Below are positions 1 through 8,989 of a stretch of DNA of 64,000 bases, piece by piece (position 1 is the first letter of the stretch; each line of letters opens with the position of its first letter). The notes under the pieces are model-generated. The model saw only the letters and a list, made by a program, of their open reading frames with translations, made no database searches and had not been told where the DNA came from. This DNA is from Chloroflexota bacterium (GTDB taxonomy: Bacteria > Chloroflexota > UBA11872 > UBA12225), in the NCBI GenBank assembly GCA_034437795.1, contig DAOTTI010000022.1, positions 366 to 64,365 of the forward strand. The letters run 5' to 3'. The position numbers and the translations under genes were made by a program.

Positions 1-1789
1 CGTAGGGGCCGATGGCGCTCTCCGTGAGCTGGGAGATCTTGCCGGCGGCGTCCGGCGGGAGGAGTTCGGGCGAGATCGGCTCATCGAGGATGTCGAACAG
101 GACCTCACGCAGGTCCTCGCCGCCCTGCTTGGACCAGGTCTGGACCCGCTCATTGGCCACCCAGCGAATGACGAACTCCACCAGCGTCTTAGGGATGCCC
201 GCATTCAGGTCGTACATGGAGATGTGGTCGCCGGCGTAGGTAGACCAGCCCAGCGCCTTCTCGGAGAGGTCGCCGGTGCCGATCTCGATGGCGCGGTGGC
301 GGTTGGCCTTGGTCATGACCCGCAGCTTTCTGACCCGCGCCTGGACGTTCTCCAGCTCCACGTCGGCCAGCTCGGGGTGTCGCGAGAGGAACTCGACGAA
401 GGTATCGATGCTGTGCGGGCGGCGCTCGGCCTCTAGCCATTCGGCGTAGCGCAGCGTGGCGCGGTGGCGCTGCTCGCGCAGGATCAGGAAGCACTCTTCG
501 CGAATGTCTTCCTCCTCGAAGCTCGCCCCCAGCGCGGCCGCCAGGCGCCTGGACGCGCGGCGCGTCTGCTTGGAGGTCCCAAAGCCCGGCATGGAGACGC
601 ACAGCAGGTTCGAGCGAGGCTTGCCGAGCTGGTCGAGCGCATTGGCGCAGGCCAGCGCCGCAAGCGTGGAGTCCCGCCCGCCGGAAAGAGCAAGCACCAT
701 CCGCTCGTTGCCGAAGTACTCCATGCGCGTGAGCAGGGCGTTGGTCTGAATTTCGAAGACCTCCCAGCAGCGGGTGGCCAGCGTGGCCACGTCCTTCGGC
801 ACGAACGGGTGCCGGTCCACCGGCCGGCGCAAGGGGCGGAAGCTCGCCGGCTGGTGGGCGAGGAAGGAGATGGAGCGAAATGGCCGCTGGTGCTCGACGG
901 CGCAATCGCCAAAGGTGCCGGTCACGGCGCGGGCGTGCAGCAGGCCCTCCAGGTCGATGTCGGCGGTGAGGAGCTGGGGCTCGCGGGAGAAGCGCCTGGA
1001 CTCAGCCAGGCATTCCCCGCGCTCATAGATCAGCGCGTGCGAGTCGAAGGCGAGGTCGGATGACGATTCGCCCGGGCCGGCGGCCGTATAGACGTAGGCG
1101 CACCGCGTCGGCTGCGACGCCTTCCAGCACAGGTGCCGGCGCGTTTCCGCCTTGCCGATCAGGAAGTTGCTGCCGGAGAGATTGCCGCAGACGGTAGCGC
1201 CGGCCGACGCCTGGAAGGCACTGGGAGAGAGCTGGACCCACACGTCCTCACACACCTCGACCCCTACCACCAGCCCTCGGACGTTGTCGGCGACGAAAAG
1301 CAGGTCCAGGCCGAACGGGACGCGCTGCCCAAGCAGGTCGATGGTCAGGCCCGGGGGCACCAGACGCCCCTCGCGGAACTGGCGCTTTTCGTAGAACTCG
1401 CTGTAGGCCGGCAGGTAGGCCTTGGGTACTACGCCCAGGATGCGGCCGCCCTGGATGGCGGCGGCTACGTTGAACACCCCCGGGTGGACGAACAGGGGCA
1501 GGCCGACGAACGCCAGCGGGCGCAGGTCCTCCGCGGCGCCTCGCTCCACCAGCCAGCTAAGGGACTCGAGCGACTTGGCCAGCACGTGCTGGTCCATGTG
1601 CAGGTCGCCGGCGGTGTAGGCGGCCAGTCCCAGCTCCGGGAAGTAGACGACGGCGGCCCCTTCACGATGGGCCTGGCGCCACAGCGCCAGAGTGTGCTCG
1701 CGGTTAAAGGCGAAGTCGGTCACACGCACCGGCGGCACCGCCGCCGCCACGCGCACAAACCCCTCGACCGCCCCGTTTCGTGACGACAT
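1..1789 (-). CDS. nadE: Glutamine-dependent NAD+ synthetase (CN-hydrolase N-domain + PP-loop NAD synthetase domain); C-terminal end runs off the left edge of the window
   Basis: Own translation of the minus strand from ATG at 1789-1787 gives MSSRNGAVEGFVRVAAAVPPVRVTDFAFNREHTLALWRQAHREGAAVVYFPELGL..., then ...NERMVLALSGGRDSTLAALAC (SGGxDS PP-loop) and IEIGTGDLSEKALGWSTYAGDH. It is missing from the ORF track only because no stop lies inside the window. Confidence 0.85.
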   Translation of the reverse strand, partial: MSSRNGAVEGFVRVAAAVPPVRVTDFAFNREHTLALWRQAHREGAAVVYFPELGLAAYTAGDLHMDQHVLAKSLESLSWLVERGAAEDLRPLAFVGLPLFVHPGVFNVAAAIQGGRILGVVPKAYLPAYSEFYEKRQFREGRLVPPGLTIDLLGQRVPFGLDLLFVADNVRGLVVGVEVCEDVWVQLSPSAFQASAGATVCGNLSGSNFLIGKAETRRHLCWKASQPTRCAYVYTAAGPGESSSDLAFDSHALIYERGECLAESRRFSREPQLLTADIDLEGLLHARAVTGTFGDCAVEHQRPFRSISFLAHQPASFRPLRRPVDRHPFVPKDVATLATRCWEVFEIQTNALLTRMEYFGNERMVLALSGGRDSTLAALACANALDQLGKPRSNLLCVSMPGFGTSKQTRRASRRLAAALGASFEEEDIREECFLILREQRHRATLRYAEWLEAERRPHSIDTFVEFLSRHPELADVELENVQARVRKLRVMTKANRHRAIEIGTGDLSEKALGWSTYAGDHISMYDLNAGIPKTLVEFVIRWVANERVQTWSKQGGEDLREVLFDILDEPISPELLPPDAAGKISQLTESAIGPY

Positions 1790-1842
1790 CTTCAAGCTCC
1801 TCACCAGGTATGCTAACGGACCTGTCCTGGGACGAGCGGAGA

Positions 1843-1884
1843 TAGAGAGTAGTGACTAGCGAGTAGCGAGTAGCAAGTGAGGAG
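1843..1884. repeat. Heptamer tandem array (TAGAGAG TAGTGAC TAGCGAG TAGCGAG TAGCAAG TGAGGAG)
   Basis: Read directly. The 7-nt period puts TAG in all three + frames. The array abuts a partial GAGCCCTCACCCCC repeat head at 1882-1895. Confidence 0.7.
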
Positions 1885-2088
1885 CCCTCACCCCCTTCGG
1901 CCGGGGCCGCGTCGCACCCGCTCCTCACCCAGCCCCACCGTGCGGCTTGGCCCCACCGCCCCCTCTTCGCCGCGGAAGGGGGAATGAGGCCTATGGCCTG
2001 GCTCTATCCTGAGTTGGTGCGCATGCCCGCTGGCCGGACGCCCAAATGCGCGACGGCTGGATGAGGTACCCTGAAGGAGTCGGCTAGA

Positions 2089-2168
2089 ACGAGTGGGTCA
2101 GTGGCCATGTCGATGGCCATTCCGCCAGAGGTGCCAATGGCTACACCCGGGGTAAGTGGCCCACTCGT
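2089..2168 (+). promoter_or_regulatory. Candidate structured 5' leader of the 2196 oxidoreductase gene
   Basis: A 12-bp stem pairs 2089-2100 ACGAGTGGGTCA with 2157-2168 TGGCCCACTCGT (one G.U). It encloses two mutually exclusive hairpins (GGCCAT-gtcg-ATGGCC versus GCCATT...AATGGC). It ends just upstream of the AAGGAGAAGAGGG RBS. No known riboswitch class recognised. Confidence 0.25.
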
Positions 2169-2195
2169 GGCGCCGGCTCAAGGAGAAGAGGGCAC

Positions 2196-3185
2196 GTGGC
2201 TGAACCAGTTCGTGTTGGCTTCATCGGCTTCGGCCGGCAGGCCGAACACCACGCCAGGAAGATGGCGGAGACGCCAGACCTGTTCAAGCTGACGGCGGTG
2301 AGCGACATCACGCCGTCCAGGCGCGAGGTGGCGCAGCAGACCTATGGCATGCGCGCCACCGACCGGGTCGAACAGTTCCTCGACGACGATGTGGAGCTGG
2401 TCTTTGTGACCAGCCACTCCAGCGTGCACCATGAGCACACCCTGGCGGCGGTGAACGCCGGGAAGCACTGCATGGTGGAGAAGCCATTCGCGATGAATGG
2501 GCGCGAGGCGCGCGAGATGGTGGAAGCGGCCAGGGCGCGCGGGGTCTTGCTCTCCTGCTTTCAGAACCGGCGCTGGGACAGCGACGTGCGCAAGGTGCGG
2601 CGGGTGGTTCAGGAAGGCCGGCTGGGCGAGCTCTTCTTGATCGAAAACCGCTCCGCCGGCCCGCGCCCGGCGGTGGGGTTCGGCGTGCCCGACTTCCGGC
2701 AGGAGTGGCGCATCACCGCGGCCATGGGCGGCGGCACGATCTTCGATTTTGGCCCGCACTGGTTCGACCAGGTGCTCTCGCTGCTGCCGCGTCGCAAGGT
2801 CGTGCAGGTCTTTGCCGACGTGCGCCACTTCAAGTGGGGCGACGCCGATGACTACTTCGACACCAAGCTGGTCTTCGATAACGGCTGCCGCGCCACGGTG
2901 AGCAAGTGCGACGTGGCCTACCTCTCCTGGCCCAAGTGGATGGTCTTCGGCACCGAAGGCACGCTCCGCTATGAGCGAGACGCCTGCACCCTGGCTACGG
3001 AGAGCGGGCAGCGCGCCGTGGACGAGAGCGAGCCCCCTGTGGACCTCTTCCGCAACCTCTACGAGGCCATCCGTGAAGGTAAACCCTTGGCGGTGACCGG
3101 CGAGGAGGCGATGCGCAACGTCCTGCTTATCGACGCCTCACGGGAGTCGGCGCGGCTGGGGCGGTCGGTTGAGGTGGACATCTAA
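2196..3185 (+). CDS. Gfo/Idh/MocA-family NAD(P)-dependent oxidoreductase
   Basis: N-terminal Rossmann motif VRVGFIGFGRQAEHH and the family EKP motif (CMVEKPFAMN). GTG start sits behind a strong RBS. Confidence 0.85.
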   Translation: MAEPVRVGFIGFGRQAEHHARKMAETPDLFKLTAVSDITPSRREVAQQTYGMRATDRVEQFLDDDVELVFVTSHSSVHHEHTLAAVNAGKHCMVEKPFAMNGREAREMVEAARARGVLLSCFQNRRWDSDVRKVRRVVQEGRLGELFLIENRSAGPRPAVGFGVPDFRQEWRITAAMGGGTIFDFGPHWFDQVLSLLPRRKVVQVFADVRHFKWGDADDYFDTKLVFDNGCRATVSKCDVAYLSWPKWMVFGTEGTLRYERDACTLATESGQRAVDESEPPVDLFRNLYEAIREGKPLAVTGEEAMRNVLLIDASRESARLGRSVEVDI

Positions 3186-3191
3186 TCGTCA

Positions 3192-3224
3192 GGTGATCGC
3201 CGCGAGTGCAGCGAGCGGATCACC
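3192..3224. terminator. Hairpin in a 45-bp convergent gap (possible bidirectional terminator)
   Basis: GGTGATC (3192-3198) pairs with GATCACC (3218-3224), with partial inner pairing. No U-tract, so weak. Confidence 0.25.
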
Positions 3225-3230
3225 ACCTGA

Positions 3231-4310
3231 TCACGGCGCCAGCTCGACGTGCGAGTTATCGCCCAGGAGGAGCCGGTGGGCCTTAGGCTTGCCGTCTGAG
3301 CGCCGCAGGACGACGTTGCGGCCGATGAGACTGCCCTCGATGCGCGTGCCGACGTGCTCGATCACCGAGTTTTCCAGCACGATACTGTGCTCGAGCTCAC
3401 TGGCGACGATGCGGCAGCCGTCGCCGACCGAGGTAAAGGGGCCGATGAACGTGTCCACGATCAGGGCGTTGGTGCCGATGATCGCCGGCCCGCGCACTGT
3501 ACTCCGGACCAGCTTGGCTCCCTTCTCCAGCACCACGCGCCCGACGATCTGGCTCTGCTCGTCCGCCTCGCCTTCGACACGGGTCTCGATCGTGTCCAGG
3601 ACGAGGCGGTTGGCGTCCAGCATGTCGATGTGCTTGCCGGTATCGATCCAGTATCCCTCCACCAACTCCGGCCGGACGTCGAGCCCCATCTCGATCAGGG
3701 CGGAGAGGGCGTCGGTAATCTCCAGCTCGCCCCGCGCCGAGGGCCGGAGCCGTTCGGCGGCGATGAAGAAGTGGTGGTCGAGCAGGTAGATCCCAACGAT
3801 GCCGAGGTCGCTCTTTGGCACCTTCGGCTTCTCCTGGAGTTCCACCACCCGCCCGTTCTCGACCACCGCCACGCCCAGGTCCTGCGGGTTGGGGACGCGG
3901 TGGAGCAGCAGAATGGCGTTCATGCTCCCGTTCCGGAACTCCTCCACCTGGCGCTTGATGCCCTCGCGGATGAAGTTATCTCCGAGGAAGACGACGAACT
4001 TGTCGTCGCCAACGAAGTCGCGACAGATGCTCACGCCGTGGGCGATCCCTCGTGGCGCATCCTGGTCGATGTAGGTGACCCGGGCGCCGAACCGGCTGCC
4101 GTCACCAACGGCGGCCATGATCTGGTCACGCGCCATGGGCAGGTCGGCCGGCACCACGATGGCGATGTCCGTGATGCCGGCCTCCACCAGGTCCTCCAGG
4201 GCATAGAAGAGGACCGGCTTATTGGCCACCGGCACGAGCTGCTTGGCGCCGGTGTAGGTGAGCGGGCGGAGGCGGGTTCCCTTGCCGCCGGCCAGAATGA
4301 CTCCCTTCAT
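3231..4310 (-). CDS. Glucose-1-phosphate thymidylyltransferase, long form (nucleotidyltransferase + left-handed beta-helix C-domain)
   Basis: MKGVILAGGKGTRLRPLTYTGAKQLVPVANKP signature and ~359 aa length match the long RmlA-type sugar-1-P nucleotidylyltransferases. The exact sugar/NTP is not provable from sequence. Confidence 0.8.
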   Translation of the reverse strand: MKGVILAGGKGTRLRPLTYTGAKQLVPVANKPVLFYALEDLVEAGITDIAIVVPADLPMARDQIMAAVGDGSRFGARVTYIDQDAPRGIAHGVSICRDFVGDDKFVVFLGDNFIREGIKRQVEEFRNGSMNAILLLHRVPNPQDLGVAVVENGRVVELQEKPKVPKSDLGIVGIYLLDHHFFIAAERLRPSARGELEITDALSALIEMGLDVRPELVEGYWIDTGKHIDMLDANRLVLDTIETRVEGEADEQSQIVGRVVLEKGAKLVRSTVRGPAIIGTNALIVDTFIGPFTSVGDGCRIVASELEHSIVLENSVIEHVGTRIEGSLIGRNVVLRRSDGKPKAHRLLLGDNSHVELAP

Positions 4311-4491
4311 CGGTGGATGGTCCTTCCCAGTGAGTGCAGGTGCTTCTCCAGTGCGTCTAGGTTCAGGTACTCATGCCGGACGGATGGGGCGCTTACCCTG
4401 GCCATCTCCGGTCGGGAGAGGGGTCGCCCGCGACGGCGACCTGGAGGCGAATGGGGCATGCGCGGCCGGCATGCTTCGGCCGCGTTCCGGC

Positions 4492-4833
4492 CTACTCATC
4501 CGGTTCCACGGTGACCTTGATCCCGATGGTCCGGATCACGGCCGCCACCGCCTCCGCCTGCTCCTTGGGGCCGACGTAGGGGACGGCCGCGCCGGTGTAG
4601 TGGATCTCATAGGTGAGGGCCACGGCGCGGCTGCGGGTCATCCCTGGCACGGCCTTGAGCAAGATCCTGATCACCTCGTCGAAGGTGTTGTAATCGTTGT
4701 CGTGGACGACGACCTTGTAGGGCGGCAGGCGCCGCCGCAGGACATCGGGATCGAAGTCCAGGTCCGTGCGGCGGCCGGGCGCAACGGCCGGCGCGCTGGT
4801 TCGTTCTCGTTCGGTCTCGACTGCCATAGCCAT
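4492..4833 (-). CDS. clpS: ATP-dependent Clp protease adaptor ClpS
   Basis: YKVVVHDNDYNTFDEVIRILLKAVPGMTRSRAVALTYEIHYTGAAVPYVGPKEQAE is the typical ClpS core. Confidence 0.9.
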   Translation of the reverse strand: MAMAVETERERTSAPAVAPGRRTDLDFDPDVLRRRLPPYKVVVHDNDYNTFDEVIRILLKAVPGMTRSRAVALTYEIHYTGAAVPYVGPKEQAEAVAAVIRTIGIKVTVEPDE

Positions 4834-4988
4834 CGGCCAACAGGGGGCGCGAGCAAGTCTGCGACCGCGCCGTGAGGCAGGGTGCGGGGTGAACCGCTGC
4901 GCGGTAGCGCGTCGCCTGGCCGGTGCCCGCGTCCCGGACCAAATGGTAGCGCGCGCCGCGGCATGCGGCCTGTTATCTTTGGCTGTTC

Positions 4989-6551
4989 ATGCCAGTTCGT
5001 CCCTGCGTTCTGATCATCCTCGATGGCTGGGGCCTGGCGCCGCCCGGCCCGGCCAACGCCATTGCCGCGGCTCGGACGCCTCACCTCGACCGGTACTGGG
5101 CGGACGGGCCCCGCAGCACGCTCGACGCCGCCGGCCTGGCCGTGGGCCTGCCGGAGGGCCAGATCGGCAATTCTGAGGTAGGGCACCTCAATCTTGGCGC
5201 TGGCTTTCGCGTGCTCCAGGACCTGCCTCGCATCGACCAGGAGATCGAATCCGGCCGGTTCTTCGAGAACCCGGCCCTGACCGGCGCCATCGACCGCGCC
5301 CGCACCCGCGGGCGTACGCTGCACCTGCTGGGCCTGTTTAGCTACGGGGGCGTGCATAGCCACGCCCGCCACCTCTATGCCCTGCTGGCGCTCGCGGCCA
5401 GGCGCGGGCTGCGGCGCGTCTCGGTCCATGCCTTCCTGGACGGGCGGGATACGCCGCCCCAACAGGCGCTGCACGATCTCCCCGAGCTGGAGCGCGTCCT
5501 GCGCCAGACCAGAGCCGGTCGGATCGCCACCGTCTCCGGCCGGTACTACGCCATGGATCGGGACCAGCGTTGGGACCGCGTGCAGCGCGCCTACGACGCG
5601 CTCGTGCTGGGCAGGGGCGAGCATGCGCCGTCGGCCGAGGAGGCGGTGCGCCGCGCCTACGACGCCGGCATTACCGATGAGTTCGTCGTCCCCACCGTGA
5701 TCGACGAGCCGGAGCGGGGCGGCGGGGATGGGTGCCGGCCTAGCCCGACCATCTCCGACGGCGACTCGGTGATCTGGTTCAACTTCCGCGCCGACCGCGC
5801 GCGGGAGCTGACCCAGGCCCTGCTGCTGCCCGACTTCCGCGGCTTTCGGCGCGAGCGAGTGCCCCGCGACCTGCACTACGTGACGTTCACCGAATACGAC
5901 CCCACCCTGCCGGTGAGCGCGGTGGCGTTTCCGCCGCAGCACGTAGAGTGGCCGATGGCGCGCGTGGTGTCTAGCGCCGACCTGAAGCAGTGCCACATCG
6001 CGGAGACGGAGAAGTACGCCCACGTCACCTACTTCTTCAACGGGGGGATTGAAGCCCCCTTCCCCGGCGAGGACCGCGTGCTCATTCCGTCACCCAAGGT
6101 CCGCACGTATGACCTCCAGCCGGAGATGAGCGCTCCCGGCATCGCTGAGGCGGCAGTGGAACGCCTCCAGTCAGGGGAGTTCGCCTTTGTAGTGATCAAC
6201 TTCGCCAATGGCGACATGGTCGGCCACACCGGTATCTTTGCCGCCGCGGTGCGGGCCGCCGAGGCGGTCGACGCGGCGGTCGGGCGAGTGGTTGACGCGG
6301 CGCTGGCGCACGGTTACTTCGTGGCCATCACCGCCGACCACGGCAACGCCGAGGAGATGATCGATCCGGTGACGGGCGAGCCCAAGACGGCGCACACGGC
6401 GAATCCGGTGCCATTCATGCTCGTCGGCGCGCCCCGCGGCACGCGCCTGAAGGACCGCGGCATCCTTGCGGATGTGGCCCCCACGCTCCTGTCGCTGATG
6501 GGCCTGCCGGTCCCCAAGGCGATGGAAGGACACGGATTGCTGGAGCAGTAA
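4989..6551 (+). CDS. gpmI: 2,3-bisphosphoglycerate-independent phosphoglycerate mutase
   Basis: LIILDGWGLAPPGPANAI..., NSEVGHLNLGAG, ANGDMVGHTG, ITADHGNAE motifs; 520 aa. Confidence 0.95.
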   Translation: MPVRPCVLIILDGWGLAPPGPANAIAAARTPHLDRYWADGPRSTLDAAGLAVGLPEGQIGNSEVGHLNLGAGFRVLQDLPRIDQEIESGRFFENPALTGAIDRARTRGRTLHLLGLFSYGGVHSHARHLYALLALAARRGLRRVSVHAFLDGRDTPPQQALHDLPELERVLRQTRAGRIATVSGRYYAMDRDQRWDRVQRAYDALVLGRGEHAPSAEEAVRRAYDAGITDEFVVPTVIDEPERGGGDGCRPSPTISDGDSVIWFNFRADRARELTQALLLPDFRGFRRERVPRDLHYVTFTEYDPTLPVSAVAFPPQHVEWPMARVVSSADLKQCHIAETEKYAHVTYFFNGGIEAPFPGEDRVLIPSPKVRTYDLQPEMSAPGIAEAAVERLQSGEFAFVVINFANGDMVGHTGIFAAAVRAAEAVDAAVGRVVDAALAHGYFVAITADHGNAEEMIDPVTGEPKTAHTANPVPFMLVGAPRGTRLKDRGILADVAPTLLSLMGLPVPKAMEGHGLLEQ

Positions 6552-6553
6552 CG

Positions 6554-7696
6554 ATGAAGATCACCGACATCGAGACCTTTCTCGTCGACGCCAGCCCGCC
6601 TGGGGGCTGGGGCGGCGGGGGCCGAAACTGGCTGTTCGTCAAGGTGGAGACGGACGAGGGCATCACTGGCCTGGGCGAGGCCAGCGGGTGGCCGCGCGTG
6701 GTGCAGACCGCCATCGAAGACCTCAAGACGATCCTCGTCGGGCAGGATCCGACCCGCATCGAGCTGCTCTGGCAGAAGATGCTCCTGGGGATGATGGGCC
6801 ACGGCATGACCGGCGTGGTCGGCGCCGGCGCGATGACCGGGATCGAGATCGCGCTGTGGGACATCCTGGGGAAGAAGCTGGGCGTGCCGGTGGTGGACCT
6901 CCTGGGCGGCATGTGTCGCGAGCGGGTACGCGTCTACGCGCACGCCAGCCAGCCGGATGCCGCCGTCAAGCTGGTGGAGGAGGGCTACACCGCCCTCAAG
7001 TGCGGTGGTCTGCAGCACCCCGTACGGACGGTCCACCGGCTGCGGGAGGCGCTGCCCGCCGACGTGGACCTGTGCATCGACGTGCATGGCCCGCCGTGGT
7101 TCACCGTGCCGGACGCCATCCGCGTGGGCCAGGAGCTGGAAGAGTATGACCTGCTCTTCTACGAAGACCCCGTGCCTCCGGAGAACCTGGACGCCCTGGC
7201 CAAGGTCAGCGAGAGCCTGAGCCTGCCGGTCGCCGCCGGTGAGCGCTGCAGCACGATCTACGGCTTCCGTGAGCTGATCGAGCGCGAGATCGTGGACGTG
7301 ATCCAGCCCGACATGGGTCGCGTCGGCGGGATCATGCAGCTCAAGAAGGTAGCGGCGCAGGCGGAGGCGCACCACATCATGGTGGCACCGCACGATGGCT
7401 CCAACGGTCCCATCTGCGAGGCCGCGGCCGTTCATGTGATGGCCTCGATCCCGAACTTCCTGATCCTGGAGCACCGCGCCCATGATGTTCCCTGGCGCTA
7501 CGAGGTGGTGACGGAGCTGCCGGTCGTGGACGGGCACATCGAGGTGCCACGGAAGCCGGGCCTGGGCGTGGAGCTGAACGAGGACGTGGCCCGCGCCCAT
7601 CCGGGGGTGCCCAACGTGGCGGCGATCACGCCCCAGAACCTGGAGCGGGTCTACGTCGAGCCGCGGGCGCGCCGGCGCCGGCTGTTCGAGCGCTAG
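6554..7696 (+). CDS. Enolase-superfamily enzyme (mandelate racemase/muconate lactonizing / D-galactonate dehydratase-like)
   Basis: MKITDIETFLV...WLFVKVETDEGITGLGEA N-terminal capping domain plus IEIALWDILGKKLGVPVVDLLGG. Starts 2 nt after the gpmI stop. Confidence 0.85.
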   Translation: MKITDIETFLVDASPPGGWGGGGRNWLFVKVETDEGITGLGEASGWPRVVQTAIEDLKTILVGQDPTRIELLWQKMLLGMMGHGMTGVVGAGAMTGIEIALWDILGKKLGVPVVDLLGGMCRERVRVYAHASQPDAAVKLVEEGYTALKCGGLQHPVRTVHRLREALPADVDLCIDVHGPPWFTVPDAIRVGQELEEYDLLFYEDPVPPENLDALAKVSESLSLPVAAGERCSTIYGFRELIEREIVDVIQPDMGRVGGIMQLKKVAAQAEAHHIMVAPHDGSNGPICEAAAVHVMASIPNFLILEHRAHDVPWRYEVVTELPVVDGHIEVPRKPGLGVELNEDVARAHPGVPNVAAITPQNLERVYVEPRARRRRLFER

Positions 7697-7777
7697 AAGC
7701 GCGGCGTGGCCGGCCTCGCGCCGCCGGCGGCTGCGGAGCGGCAGGCCCGGGCGGAGGCTCTGCGGTACCATCGCGCT

Positions 7778-8845
7778 ATGGTCACACGCACCGTTGCCGT
7801 TCTGGACGGCGATGAGACGGGGCAGGAGCTGCTGCTGGAGGCGCTGCGGGTCCTGCAGCCAGACGTGATCGGCTTTGCAATCGACTTCCAGCACTTCGAC
7901 CTAAGCCTGGAGAACCGGCGCCGGACCAGGAACAAGGTGGTCGAAGAAGCAGCCGCGCTCATGCGCCAGTGCGGCCTTGGGCTAAAGGCCGCCACGATTA
8001 CGCCCGAGGACCCCGCTGACGTGGGGAGCCCCAATGCCATCCTGCGGGAGGCGATCGACGCCACCGTGATCCTGCGCGTGGGGCGGCGCCTGCCCGGCGT
8101 GCGGGTCATCGGCGGGTTCCACGAACCGGTAGCGGTGGTCCGCATGGCCGTCGGTGACGCCTACCTGGCGCGGGAATGGCGCGAGGGGGAGACCGGCAGT
8201 CTGCAGGAGGTAGCCTATCGCGCCGACCGGATCGAGCGCCGCGTCTGCCGATCGGTGGCCGAGTTCGCCTTTCGGTACGCGGAGCGCCATCACGCCCGCG
8301 TCTTCGGCGGCCCCAAGTTCACCGTCAGTCCCATCTACGAGGGGATGTTCAAGGAGGAGCTGGATCGCGCCGCCGCCAATCACCCCACGGTCAAGTACGA
8401 GCCGGTGCTCATCGACGCCCTGTACGCCCTGCTGCTCACCCAGCCCGGCGATGCGCTGGTCATCCCCACGTTGAACCGCGATGGGGACTGTCTCTCCGAC
8501 CTGATCATCCAGATGTTCGGCTCGATCGCGGGGGCCGAGTCGATGATCTTCTCCTTCCGTGAGGACTGGAGCGTGGCCGTGGCCATGGCGGAGGCGCCCC
8601 ACGGCACGGCGCCCCGCCTCTACCGGAGAAACGTCGCCAACCCCATGGCCATGATCCTGGCCGGCGCCGCGCTGCTGACGCACTTCGGCACGCCCGAGGC
8701 TGACCGCGCGGCCGAGGCCATCCGCGGCGCCGCCCTCCAGGCGATCATCGACGGCATCCGCACCGCCGACCTCGGCGGGGAAGCCGCGACCACCGAGTTC
8801 ACCGATGCCGTCATCGAGCGAACCCGCGCCCGCCTCAGGGCATAG
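7778..8845 (+). CDS. Isocitrate/isopropylmalate dehydrogenase-family protein
   Basis: VAVLDGDETGQELL, NRDGDCLSDL and APHGTAP motifs. I prefer ATG 7778 over the track start 7706. Confidence 0.8.
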   Translation: MVTRTVAVLDGDETGQELLLEALRVLQPDVIGFAIDFQHFDLSLENRRRTRNKVVEEAAALMRQCGLGLKAATITPEDPADVGSPNAILREAIDATVILRVGRRLPGVRVIGGFHEPVAVVRMAVGDAYLAREWREGETGSLQEVAYRADRIERRVCRSVAEFAFRYAERHHARVFGGPKFTVSPIYEGMFKEELDRAAANHPTVKYEPVLIDALYALLLTQPGDALVIPTLNRDGDCLSDLIIQMFGSIAGAESMIFSFREDWSVAVAMAEAPHGTAPRLYRRNVANPMAMILAGAALLTHFGTPEADRAAEAIRGAALQAIIDGIRTADLGGEAATTEFTDAVIERTRARLRA

Positions 8846-8989
8846 ACGGACGCAGCGCTCCCAGGTCAGTATGGGGAACGGGCCCTCCGGCAGACGCTGA
8901 TGGTGAGGGATGGGCTCTTCTGTGCGGCCGCAGAGCTTGGCGCTGGGTCATGAATGCGAGCGCCGGCTACTGACGGCGAGGGGACGGAG

